NCBI RefSeq assembly: GCF_006345805.1 | Contig: NC_043010.1 | Coordinates: forward strand, 58,962,001-59,026,000 | Source: Octopus sinensis | Lineage: Eukaryota | Direction of reading: 5' to 3' | DNA: 64,000 nt | Shown: in pieces, positions 14,049-25,049 of the stretch | How the letters are laid out: every line of letters starts with the position of its first letter | Numbering within the stretch: the stretch's first letter is position 1 | Notes under the pieces: model-generated | The model's database searches: none | The model's input: only the letters and a program-made list of their open reading frames with translations | What the model was told of the DNA's origin: nothing | Program-made: the position numbers and the translations under genes

Positions 14049-14600
14049 TGCTGCATAGTTTTAGTTTTATACTCATGCATGTATGTATATGTATGTGCAT
14101 GTGTATGTGTATATTTGCATGTGTGAGTGTGTGTATGCGAGTGTGTGTGTGTGTGTGTGAGTGTGTGGCTATTTTATAGGTCATTGGCTACTAGAATCGA
14201 CGTGTGTGTGTGAAATTGTATATGTGTGTGGTTGTGCGTGCATGTGTGAATATATGGGTGTATGTATGTGTAAGTGTATACGGATGTAAATACATGCACG
14301 TGTGTGTGTGTGTGTGTTTATGATTTCCCTTATAGGTCAATGCATATCAAATGTTATTTATGTGATTTTGTATGGGTGGGTGTACGGGTCGGGTGGGGGG
14401 AGGGAGGCTATAATGTGTGGGTGTATGTGTGTGTGTATATGTTTGTACACATGTGAGTGTGTATAATGTGCATTCGGACATGGCTAGGTTGAGTGTAGTC
14501 ATGTGTGAGTGTATATCACTTTATACACACACATATATATATATATACATATACATATGTAAACATACAAACACACACACACATAGAGATATATATATAT

Positions 14601-14659
<59 letters not shown>

Positions 14660-14882
14660 GTATAATATATATGCATGTATGTATGTATGTAGGTCAGTGT
14701 CTATAACAGAGTACATATATATTTCTACACACACACACACTGTTCCTAATTATTGAATTTGTATGGTCTATGGATGGGTGGAAGTGTGTGTTTGTATTTG
14801 TGTGTACATAACTGTATAGTTTTGTATTTGCTGTCTCTGTATGTGTGTTTATGCTGGTGTATGCCTGCATGGACCTGTGTAT

Positions 14883-14917
<35 letters not shown>

Positions 14918-14999
14918 GTGTGTGTGTGTGTGTGTGTGATTGTGATTTTAAGTGATCCTGGTTGCAAAATTTGCTTCCTCTGCCTATGTACAAGTGTGT

Positions 15000-15074
<75 letters not shown>

Positions 15075-15202
15075 CATATATATACACACACACATGCGCC
15101 TATATATATATATATATACACACATATATGTAAGTATATATATATATTATAACATACATAACACATATATGCATGTTTATATATATATATATATATATCA
15201 TA

Positions 15203-15240
<38 letters not shown>

Positions 15241-15441
15241 TTATATGTATATATACACATGTGTACATGTATGTGTGTGCAAATGAGTTACATCTCTGAA
15301 TGTAGATTGTGTATATAAGAATATATATGTAATTATGACTAAATCTATGTAGTCATATGACAAGTTTAAATACATAGATGCATGTGTATGTGTAGGGAAT
15401 ATTTGTGTCTATGTGTGTGTATATCTATCTATCTATATATA

Positions 15442-15528
<87 letters not shown>

Positions 15529-16639
15529 TATATATGTGTGTGTATATATATGTGAGCATATACATACAGACACACACCAAGCACACAAACATATATACAC
15601 ACAGATATGGGTATATATGTACTTATATACACATATGTATCTATGCATCTATATACACACGTTGATTCATTGATATTTGCTTCATTGTGCATACATGTGA
15701 TTAAATCAATACAGATCTATATATGTATGTATATACTGGAAGTATGTATATATGTGTGTGAGTGTGTGTGTGTGTGTATACAAATATATATATATATGTG
15801 TGTGTTATATATATGCATATATATATATACACATGGGCATATATATATATAAATATAGTTGTAGTAGGCATCCATTGGTCTTGAGAAGCTATGGATCTTA
15901 TATATAATTATATAGTCTGTGGGTGTAGTGAGAGTCATTGTATTTTGTATGGATATGTGTGTATATGTGTGTGTATATATATATATACACATATATATCT
16001 ATTGCATATACGAGTATATATATGTATACATGTGTATATATATGTGTATATATATACATGTGTATATATATGTATACATGTGTATATCCTTATTCATTTG
16101 CTGATATGTGTAGTTTTGTCTGCATGACCATGTGTAAAGATTTGTAAGGAATCCAATTTCTGAAACTCGGAGTAGCCACAGAGAGTATCCTTTTTGCTTT
16201 GAGTAAATGAATAAAGTCTTTCCCCCCTTTCTTGAGTACCTAAACTCTTGATTGATTCCAATCCTCTCCACTTTGGTTGGTCAGCTTCAGAGAATTGTTG
16301 AGTCTTGATCTTCTCTTCCCTTTCTGCTTAAAAAGAAATAATCTTTGTTGTTTTTGCCTTTCCAGTATTTACCATTTTACAAAATCAAAACCAGCAATTT
16401 GGACGAAACAGAGAACACAATTGGAAAAAAATTATAAATATATAAATGAGAAAACCAAAACAATTCACCACTTTGGGTTGAAAAGTTGGAGGCACTGGGA
16501 AACCTGTGTGACTCTTTGGAGCCCCTTTCATTCCTCATTTAGCAACTGTGGCATGTCCCCAACAGGCAGAGATAATTTCAATAATTAATGAAGATTTTTC
16601 CAGCTTATGTAATGAATGTGAAATCAAACAAAATAATGA

Positions 16640-16858
16640 TTTCTAGTTTGGGTACCCAGCTGACAATTTTGAGGGAAAGGGGTAGTCATTACTATCGATT
16701 GCCAACTGTTTGACTTCTACTTCACCTTACTGACCCCAAAAGAATGAAAAGCAAAAATGACTTTTGTGGGATTTGAACTCAGAATGTAAAAACTGAGAAG
16801 AAACACCACAAGGCATCCTTCTTCTGAGGCTGTAATAATTCAACCAATCCACAGATTA
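16640..16858 (-). mobile_element. Decayed tRNA-derived SINE, family C (Nin/Deu-like core)
   Basis: Homologous to 51955-52157; minus strand has TTCTGAGTTCAAATCCC followed by a decayed CTTTCATCCTTTCGGGGTC-type core. Confidence 0.65.
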
Positions 16859-16890
16859 TGAAATACTGCTCACAAGGATATATAGACACA

Positions 16891-16894
<4 letters not shown>

Positions 16895-16925
<31 letters not shown>

Positions 16926-16975
16926 TGTATGTATGTATGTATGTATGTATGTATGTATGTATGTATGTATGTATG
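16895..16975. repeat. (TATG)n/(CATA)n microsatellite (representative; similar tracts at ~20045-20235 and ~39923-40062)
   Basis: Directly visible tetranucleotide runs. Confidence 0.95.
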
Positions 16976-17167
16976 CATGCATGTGTGTGTGTATATGCAT
17001 GCATGCATGCATGTATGTATGTATATAGCTGTTTGTTGACAAATTGTTCTGCTGTGTAAGGGTAATTTACCCAAAGTTTCTGCAGCCCTAAAAGTGTCTC
17101 TGCATTCAAAAATAAATTATCATCTTATCTCTTATATATATGTGTGTGTGTGTGTGTGTATATATAT

Positions 17168-17386
17168 AATCAAAATAAGCAACAAGGATATCCAGAGGTA
17201 ATGCAGTACAATCGTTTCAGGCAACTCCATTCAATTAAATGGAGTCGCATGAAACAATCGTACTGCATTACCTCTGGATATCCTTGTTGCATATTTTGAT
17301 TTTAATCACCTTATTTTGAAATTGTATGGATTATACCATACTAAATTCTGGTGCCTCAACTTAAGTACCATATTCATCTGAATCTA
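17168..17386 (+). mobile_element. Fold-back element: 134-bp hairpin plus ~85-bp tail
   Basis: Arms 17168-17231 and 17238-17301 are reverse complements; tail contains GGTGCCTCAACTTAAGTACC; second copy inverted at 19145-19374. Confidence 0.8.
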
Positions 17387-17403
17387 TATATATATATATA
17401 TAT

Positions 17404-17570
17404 ACTACACTCACGGAGTGGTTGGCGTTAGGAAGGGCATCCAGCTGTAGAAACATTACCAGATAAGACTGGAGCCTGGTGCAGCCTTCTGGCTTCCCAG
17501 ATCCCCGGTCGAACCGTCCAACCCATGCTAGCATGGAGAACGGACGTTAAATGATGATGATGATGATGAT
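17404..17570 (+). mobile_element. SINE family B / RTE-type 3' tail ending in (GAT)n
   Basis: GGTTGGCGTTAGGAAGGGCATCCAGCTGTAGAAAC...CCAACCCATGCTAGCATGGA...GGACGTTAAATGATGATG; many copies in window. Confidence 0.9.
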
Positions 17571-17677
17571 ATATATATATAACGGGAAAGTTTAAGAAAA
17601 TAAACAAAAGACGAAGGCAGGTGGAGTACAAACAAACAATTGTATTAGTATGGCGCTCAGGAATAGAAATAAAACAA

Positions 17678-17716
17678 GTCTTTTATGTTTCGAGCCTATG
17701 CTCTTCGACAGAAAGA
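17678..17716 (-). ncRNA. Minimal hammerhead-like motif, variant core CUGUCGA
   Basis: UCUUU-CUGUCGA-A-GAGC[AUAG]GCUC-GAAAC-AUA-AAAGA: stems I and II perfect, core A6 replaced by U, cleavage-triplet G appears lost by CpG decay. Confidence 0.55.
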
Positions 17717-17793
17717 TACACAGAAAAGAAACAAGGAGAGAAAAAAATTGCTTGTAGGGGCTAACGATCCAACATATATATATATATATATAT

Positions 17794-17833
17794 CCCCAAA
17801 AAGCCCCAAAAAGCCCCAAAAAGCCCCAAAAAG
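17794..17833. repeat. 10-bp tandem repeat (CCCCAAAAAG)x4
   Basis: Directly visible. Confidence 0.95.
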
Positions 17834-18249
17834 TAAGGAATGGAACAGGTAAAACATGGGCTACAACCGTTTCAAAGCATAGTAATGTTTGTTACATAAG
17901 TTGTAATATAGAGAAAACCGTCTCAGCTAATCTTCAGGTGCTCTTACCTATGCATCGTTTACAATGTTGTGTGGAGATGAGCAAATGGGTTATTAAACTA
18001 GCCGCAGCACGAATGGCCAGTTGGGAAAAAGAAAGAAGAGTAAGCAAAATTAAATGACCAGTGAAAGTATTAGTTTGAGGATAGACAACTTTAAAAGGAA
18101 AATAAGATGGGTTTACAGAAGTTATTTAGTGGAATGAAAATGAATGCTAGACAGAGGCGTAGGAGTAGCAAGAAAATTTCTTTACCCAAGGAGGACAAAT
18201 TTTTAGATATTCACCATGCACCACTCCAATTTTTTTTTTTTTTCATATA

Positions 18250-18520
18250 TGCCAGTACCCCCTGACTGGCCCCCGTGCCGGTGGTACGTAAAAAGCACTA
18301 TCTAAATGTGATCAATACCAGGCCTGCCTGACTGGCTCTTCTGCCAATGGCACATTGAAAAGCAGCCACTACACTCTTGGAATGGTTGGCGTTAGGAAGG
18401 GCATCCAGCTGTAGAAAATCTGCCAGATCAGATTGGAGCTTGGTGCAGCCTCCTGGCTCTCCAGACCTCAATCAAACCATCCAACCCATGGAAAATGGAC
18501 GTTAAATGATGATGATGATA
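18250..18520 (+). mobile_element. SINE family B copy (RTE-type tail)
   Basis: Same tail as 17404-17570 with upstream GGTACGTAAAAAGCAC body. Confidence 0.85.
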
Positions 18521-19144
18521 ATGATAAGTGTGTCTATATGTGAGTGTGTGTATACATATGTGTGTGTGTGTGTGTGAGTATGTATGTGTATGTGTATGAG
18601 CACATATGTGTGTGTGCGTGTTCGACATGTCTTCACAAGCACAGCATATTGCTTGATGATTGAAGGGTGTTTTTAAAGGGCCAGTTAAACAACACTGGTA
18701 TTGGCCAGGACTAAGATGCCCGATGCCAGTTTCATTTAACTGGCCCTTTAAAAGCACCCTTCAATCACTGGGCAATATGAAGCAGTGAAGGAGGAACCAA
18801 GCATGAAGGCATGTCAGCAAAACACAGCTCCGCTAAATGGAAACCCTACCTGCCATTTTGTGGTCTGAAGCAAAGCAGGCCTTGCTCTCCACTCAAGAAA
18901 CCACAGTAAATGACCCACAAGCATTCAAGGAAAATTGAGTCCTCAACTTATTCCATCTACCAAAAGGTTTGCAAGGCACCGGCAGGGCTCGAGAGACACA
19001 TCTGTATCCATAGAACATGACTACTCCTTAATTCACTGAACCCCCATTTGTCATTCACAACAAGAGAATCCATCATCATATACATATATACATACATATG
19101 TGTATCTATATATATATATATGTATATATATAAGTTCAGCAAAA

Positions 19145-19374
19145 TTTAGATTCAGTTGAATATGGTACTTAAGTTATAGGCACCAGAATTTCGTATGGTA
19201 TTATCCATATAAATCAAAATGGGGTGATTATAATCAAAATAAGCAACAAGGATATCCAAGGTAGAGTAGTACAATCGTTTCATGCTACTTCATTTTATTA
19301 AACACTTTAAGTATTACATTAGCATGAAACAATTGTACTAGTCTACCTTGGATATCCTTGTTGCTTATTTTGAT
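19145..19374 (-). mobile_element. Fold-back element, second copy (tail plus 142-bp hairpin)
   Basis: Hairpin 19233-19374; 19145-19230 is the reverse complement of the tail at 17303-17386. Confidence 0.8.
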
Positions 19375-19849
19375 AATGATATATATATATGTATATATTA
19401 ATGATTTGTAGGTACACAGTATTTCATTAAGCAACCATAATATGCTACAAAGAATACTAAACATTTTGATAAGCCAATACTGTGTACTACTGTGTTAGCA
19501 GTGCACTTAAATCGTGTGTGTGTGTATGAATGTATATATGTATGTATGTAATTATTCAGTTTTATTTCAAGATTACTTGCCAATAGAGAAAGAGCTGGTT
19601 TCTAACCTAGATCCAAAGCTCCTTTATTGGAATTTCAACATCAACAACAAGGTAGTTTTGTATGTATGCATGTCTGAATGTATGTATGTATGTATTTTTG
19701 TTTCTTTGTATGTATGTATGTGCAGATTTGTATGTTTTGTTTTATGTATGTATTCTCATGCATATACTTGCATATCTAGACATGCACATATATATATACT
19801 TATATGATGAACTTCTGGAAAGTTTTACAGATTTTTACAGTTCCATTGA

Positions 19850-20040
19850 TGGATTAGGTTTGTAGTCTCCTTCCTGGTTTTGAGAAGTCAAATTTCTCAA
19901 GATTGCTATTTAGGCATTGTGTTATATATCCCAGGGCCCCAATAATTACAGGTATAAACCCAAACTTGTAATTTGGATAGAGTAGGTGCAGATTCCTCAA
20001 TAGTTCAGCGTAGAAATTGTCTCTTTCATTGATCTCTGTA
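19850..20040 (-). mobile_element. Short RLE-type LINE C-terminal fragment
   Basis: YAELLRNLHLLYPNYKFGFIPVIIGALGYI resembles the K..Y..L...PV.IGALG end of restriction-like endonuclease domains. Confidence 0.65.
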
Positions 20041-20266
20041 TGTAGTATGTATGTATGTATGTATGTATGTATGTATGTATGTATGTATGTATGTATGTAT
20101 GCATGTATGCATGTATGTATGTATGTATGTATGTGTGTATGTATGCATGCATGTATGTATGCATGCATGTATGTATGTATGAATGTATGCATGTATGTAT
20201 GTATATATGCATGTATGTATGTATGTATGTATGTATTATCTATCTATCTCTCTATCTATCTATCAT

Positions 20267-20548
20267 GGAGGCACAATGGCCTAGTGGTTAGAGCAGCACA
20301 CTCGTGGTCATAGGATCACAGTCTCAATTCTCAGATCAGGCGTTGTGAGTGTTTATTGAGCGAAAACGCCTAAAGCTCTACGAGGATTCAGCAGGGGATG
20401 GTGACGAACCCTGTTGTACTCTTTCACCACAACTTTCTCTCACTCTTTCTTCCTGTTTCTGTTGTACCTGTATCTCAAAGGGCTAGCCTTGTCACACTCT
20501 GTGTTATGCTGAATCTCCCCGAGAACTACATTAAGGGTACATGTATCT
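20267..20548 (+). mobile_element. tRNA-derived SINE family D, cut at its 3' side by a Tc1/mariner element
   Basis: Head GGAGGCACAATGGCCTAGTGGTTAGAGCAG with decayed B-box; body stops where the TIR begins at ~20549. Confidence 0.7.
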
Positions 20549-21386
20549 GTGCAGTGAATAAACTGTCATCTAAATTACACGAAAATGAAAATAAAACTGA
20601 CATCTCATTTTAACAGATATATTTACCAAAATTACATAAAAATATCTTGAAATACTAAAGAGTAAGTTTATTCAATAAAATCGCCATTGGCTTCAACCAC
20701 AGCCTCCAGATGACTTTGGAATCTCCTGCAACTCTTCTGGATTGTTTCCTTGTTTAAGTTGGTCAAGGCTGCCATAATCCTTGCCTTCAGTTCATCTTTG
20801 GTGTTACAAGGAGTTTGGTTGGTCTCTCGCTCAACTGTGCCCCACACATAATAATTAAGGGTATTGCAGTGTAGGGATTTAGGTGGCCAGATGTTAGGGG
20901 TGGTGTGGTTGCAGAAATTGTCTGACAGCCATGACTGGCTTCTTCTGCTTGTGTGGTATGGTGCAACCATCCTCTTGACCCAGGGCAGCACTCCCTCCTC
21001 CAGGCACTTGATGTCGGCCTCTGTGTAGAGTCTGAAGGCATGTGGGAAGATGATTGGAGGCATAACATCCCCATCACTAGTGATCACTCCAAACACCATG
21101 ATGTTGACTGGATATTTAATTTTTATCACTCTCAGTACATGTTTTCAGATTGACACCAAAACACTCTGAAATATTCGTGATGGAGCTTCCAGCATGAATG
21201 CCAAGTAGTACAGCATGTCACTTCCAAATTTCTGGCAGAGTAAATTGTGTCATGGTGATGTTTTTCCCCCAGACGGTACCCAACTGACCCTACTATACTG
21301 TGTAGTCAACAAAATCAAAACCAAACAATACACATACACAAAATTGAAAATATAAAATGGTGACAATTTACTCATTACACCTTGTA
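20549..21386 (-). mobile_element. Internally deleted Tc1/mariner (DD37D, maT-like) transposon
   Basis: ORF 20668-21129 is a transposase C-terminal half (MVFGVITSDG, APYH, WPPKSLHCNTLNYYVWG); imperfect TIRs (17/22 match) at 20549-20570 and 21359-21386, the latter ending in TA. Confidence 0.9.
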
Positions 21387-21549
21387 TGCATATATATGTG
21401 TGTGTGTGTGTTATAATTCAGATACCTATTTCTCCACATTCCTTTGTTGGCACAGACAAAACAATCAACCGTCACCAATGCGTGTCTGCTGCTTTGCCTT
21501 CCTTTAATGTGTTTGTTAGGACAAAAACTGCTTCCTGTTCTGCATAGCC

Positions 21550-21768
21550 ATTAGCACCACATGAGCAGTTAGCATCAAAACTTTAGCACTTCCTGAATAA
21601 TCAGCACCGAAAATATTAGCCCCGTTTGAGCAATTAGCATTGAAATATTAGCACTACTTGAGCAATTAGCATTAAACAATTAGCTCTACACAAGCAATTG
21701 ACATCAAAATTTCAGTATCATGGAAACAATTAGCATCAAAACATGAATAATTAGCATCACATTTGCAT
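21550..21768. repeat. Degenerate 32-bp tandem repeat with two ATTAGCA-like motifs per unit
   Basis: Motif starts alternate about 18/14 bp apart from 21550 to 21729; best unit TTGAGCAATTAGCATTGAAATATTAGCACTAC. Confidence 0.8.
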
Positions 21769-22043
21769 ATTGTTTCTTTTCCTACAATATGAAGCCAGTT
21801 AGATAGTCATACAGATCACATTGCTCTGAGAATCACAAAAGAAGCTCATGGTAACTATTAGTAACAGTTAGCACTGTTTTACACTTCCTATAAATATGAC
21901 TCTATATTTTACCTTGAGCACTCTATAGAGACTTATATAATGTGTGCATGTGTGTGTGTGTGTATATATGTATATACAATTACTATGTGTATATATAGAA
22001 AGGGAAAGAAGTAGGTAGACACATACATATACATACATATATA

Positions 22044-22392
22044 TCATCATCATCATCATTTAACGTCCGTTTTCTATGCTAGCATAGGTTGGACGGTTCG
22101 ACCGGGATCTGGGAAGCCAGGAGGCTGCACCAAGCTCCAGTCTGATCTAGCAGTGTTTCTACAGCTGGATGCCCTTCCTGACACCAACCACTCCATGAGT
22201 GTAGTATATGTATATATATATATACATCATCATCATCACCATCATCGTCATTGCCGTTTAATGTTCACTTTCTCTGTTGGCGTGGGCAGGACAGTTTGAC
22301 TGAGAACTCGCAAGCTGGGAGGCTGTACCAGGCTCCAATATGATCTGGTAACTTCTCTACAGCTCGATGCCCTTCCTAATGCCAACCACTCC
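22044..22392 (-). mobile_element. Two adjacent SINE family B tails (22044-22204 and 22225-22392)
   Basis: (CAT)n-TTTAACGTCC...GGATGCCCTTCCT...CCAACCACTCC on plus, the reverse complement of 17404-17570. Confidence 0.85.
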
Positions 22393-23647
22393 ATATATAT
22401 ATATATATATATGTAAACGTGTACCTACTCAAAGCATCTCCACAAAGTGTGTAATTCCTGACACTCAGTTGCCTGGAGATCAGCAATGATAAGCTCTCAA
22501 TAATCACTCAAATAGACTCAGCTTTTGATTGAATATCATTTAATTTTATCTCACCGTACTCAGTATTTTCATTCACTTAATTGCAATTGCACTCCAATGT
22601 GATACTGCAGTCCTTTCCAGACACACACACACACACACACACACATACAAATACATAAATAAACATACACACATAATATACATACATAGACAGAGAGATG
22701 TATAGATACACATGCACATATATATATATACATACATAAACACACAAACATATATATATGCATTTATATTTATGTATGCATATTACATAGACATAAATAT
22801 ACAAAAATGATGTGTGTGTGTGTATATATATATATATATGAACGTATGTATCTTAGAACTAAAAACCATATATATATATACATATGTACATATGCATATA
22901 CATACACATTGACTTACAAATTCTCACACACACACACATATACATATATACATAGGCAAACATATATGCATTTATATATTTATACTCACACATACACACA
23001 TATAACTTTATGTGATATTTATTGGAATGTGTGTGTGTGTGTGTGTGTGTGTGTCTGCTTATGATGCTGTTTTATAGCATCTTCTATAACAACCAAAGTT
23101 TATGATTATCTTTATGAGTGCGTGTATATATGTATGACCTTATCACTGCATGTGTGTATGTGGCCTTATCATTGTATCTCTATGTATGACCTTAGGACGG
23201 CGTGTGTGGAGGGGTGTGCGGAAATGTGTGTAAATACGATGCGCATGGCTGCATGGGGGAGGGTTTAGCAGTTCCTCTACAACGCTACAACCACAACCAC
23301 CACAACCACAGATACTACTACTACTACTACTACTGCTGCTACTACTACAAGTGCTGCTGATGCTGATGCTGTTGGTGTTCGGAACATTCCTTGTAATTAT
23401 GTTTTTATGTGAGGATGTCTTAAATATCAGGTTCATGTTGATTTGGCGTTTATGTATATATGCACACATATATATACTTACATACATACATATGTATATA
23501 TGCATGTGTGTGTGTGTAATGTATATGTATACAGACACACACACATACATACATATACATATATATATATACATATGTATATGTATGTATGTTTGCATGT
23601 GTGTGTATATATATATACACACACATGTATGTATGTATGCATGTGTG

Positions 23648-23679
<32 letters not shown>

Positions 23680-25049
23680 CACATATATGTATATATACAT
23701 ATATACATACACATATGTGTGTGTATGTGTATATATGTATATATGTGTGTGTATAATTACAGACAGGTATAGATATACAAGCATGTGTGTGTGTGTGTGT
23801 GTGTTATAAGCTTCTTTATGTTTCAAAGTGTGTTTAATTGCAGCAACCCCTTCCCCCCACCCGCCACCACACATCCATATAATTACATTACACTATAATA
23901 CCACTACGCCACCACCACCCCACACCGCCTCCTGCCATTCTGTCCCCCTTTCATCTCCCTTTCATCTCCTTCCCCTCCACCCTCCCCCCCTCACCATCAC
24001 TTTCTCTTCAATACACCATAATGTTCCATAGCTGCAACCACATTAGGAAGGCAGAGATGGAGGTGGGGAGGGTGGTAGTAGTGGTGGCAGTGGCGGCAGT
24101 GGCGATGATGACGATGATGATGATGATGATGAAGATGGTGGTGGCAATGATGAAGATGAGGAGGTAAGGATGGTGGTCATGGTGGTGTTGGTGGTGGTGT
24201 TGGTGGTGATAGTGGTGGTGATGGTGGTGGTGGTTTTGGTGGTTATGATGATGAAGATGATGATGATGAGGAGGAGGAGGAGGAGGAGGAGGGTGATTAT
24301 GGTGATGATGACAACTTCACCAAAGACAGTTGACATTGGTTCTTCAGAAATTCCTTTGGTACACCAAAACTGTTGCAGTCAATATACTGTACTGCACTGG
24401 TGGTGGTGGTGGTGGTGGTGGTCTTGCTGGTGGTGGTGGTCGTGCTGGTGTTGGTGTTTGTGTTGGTGGTTGTGGTTGTCGTGATTGTGGTGGTGGTGGT
24501 GGTGGTGTATAGTGTCTGCACATAAAAGCCAGAGGAGCTCTGAATCTTGCAGCAAAACTCAATGATTGAAACATTAGTATTGTAAAGAATATGGATGAGG
24601 TTGTTGTGGGGTGCGGAGGGGGATGACATCGTAGTGGTGGCCATGGTATTGAGGGTGGTTAGGGGGAGCATACATAAATATACATGTATACACACACACA
24701 CACACAACACACACACACATGAATGTAGTCATGTATGTATCTCTGTATGTACATATGTATGTATGTGTGTTTGTATGTATGCGTGCATGTGTATCTATGT
24801 GTATGTGTGTGTGTACATGTATGTGTGTACATGTATGTGTGTATGCATGTACGTATGTGTGTGAGTGTGTATGTATGTGTGTGTGAGTGTATATGTATGT
24901 ATGCGTGTGTATGTATGCGTGTGTATGTATGTATGTATGTATGTATGTGTGTGTATGTATGTATGCGTGTGTATGTATGTATGTGTGTGTATGTATGTAT
25001 GTGTGTGTATGTATGTATGTTGTTTTTTTTAGTTTTATCTAAGTTTTTC

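Noticed and set aside
17855-17943. Minus-strand CUGAAGA...GAAAC-GGUU-GUA, a possible fourth hammerhead remnant
   Set aside because: Stem I does not pair and stem II has only about 3 bp; kept out of features pending a family consensus.
24043-24716. Poly-Thr/Val/Trp/Pro ORFs and short unique inserts among trinucleotide repeats
   Set aside because: Low-complexity artefacts; no convincing splice-site pair or homology.
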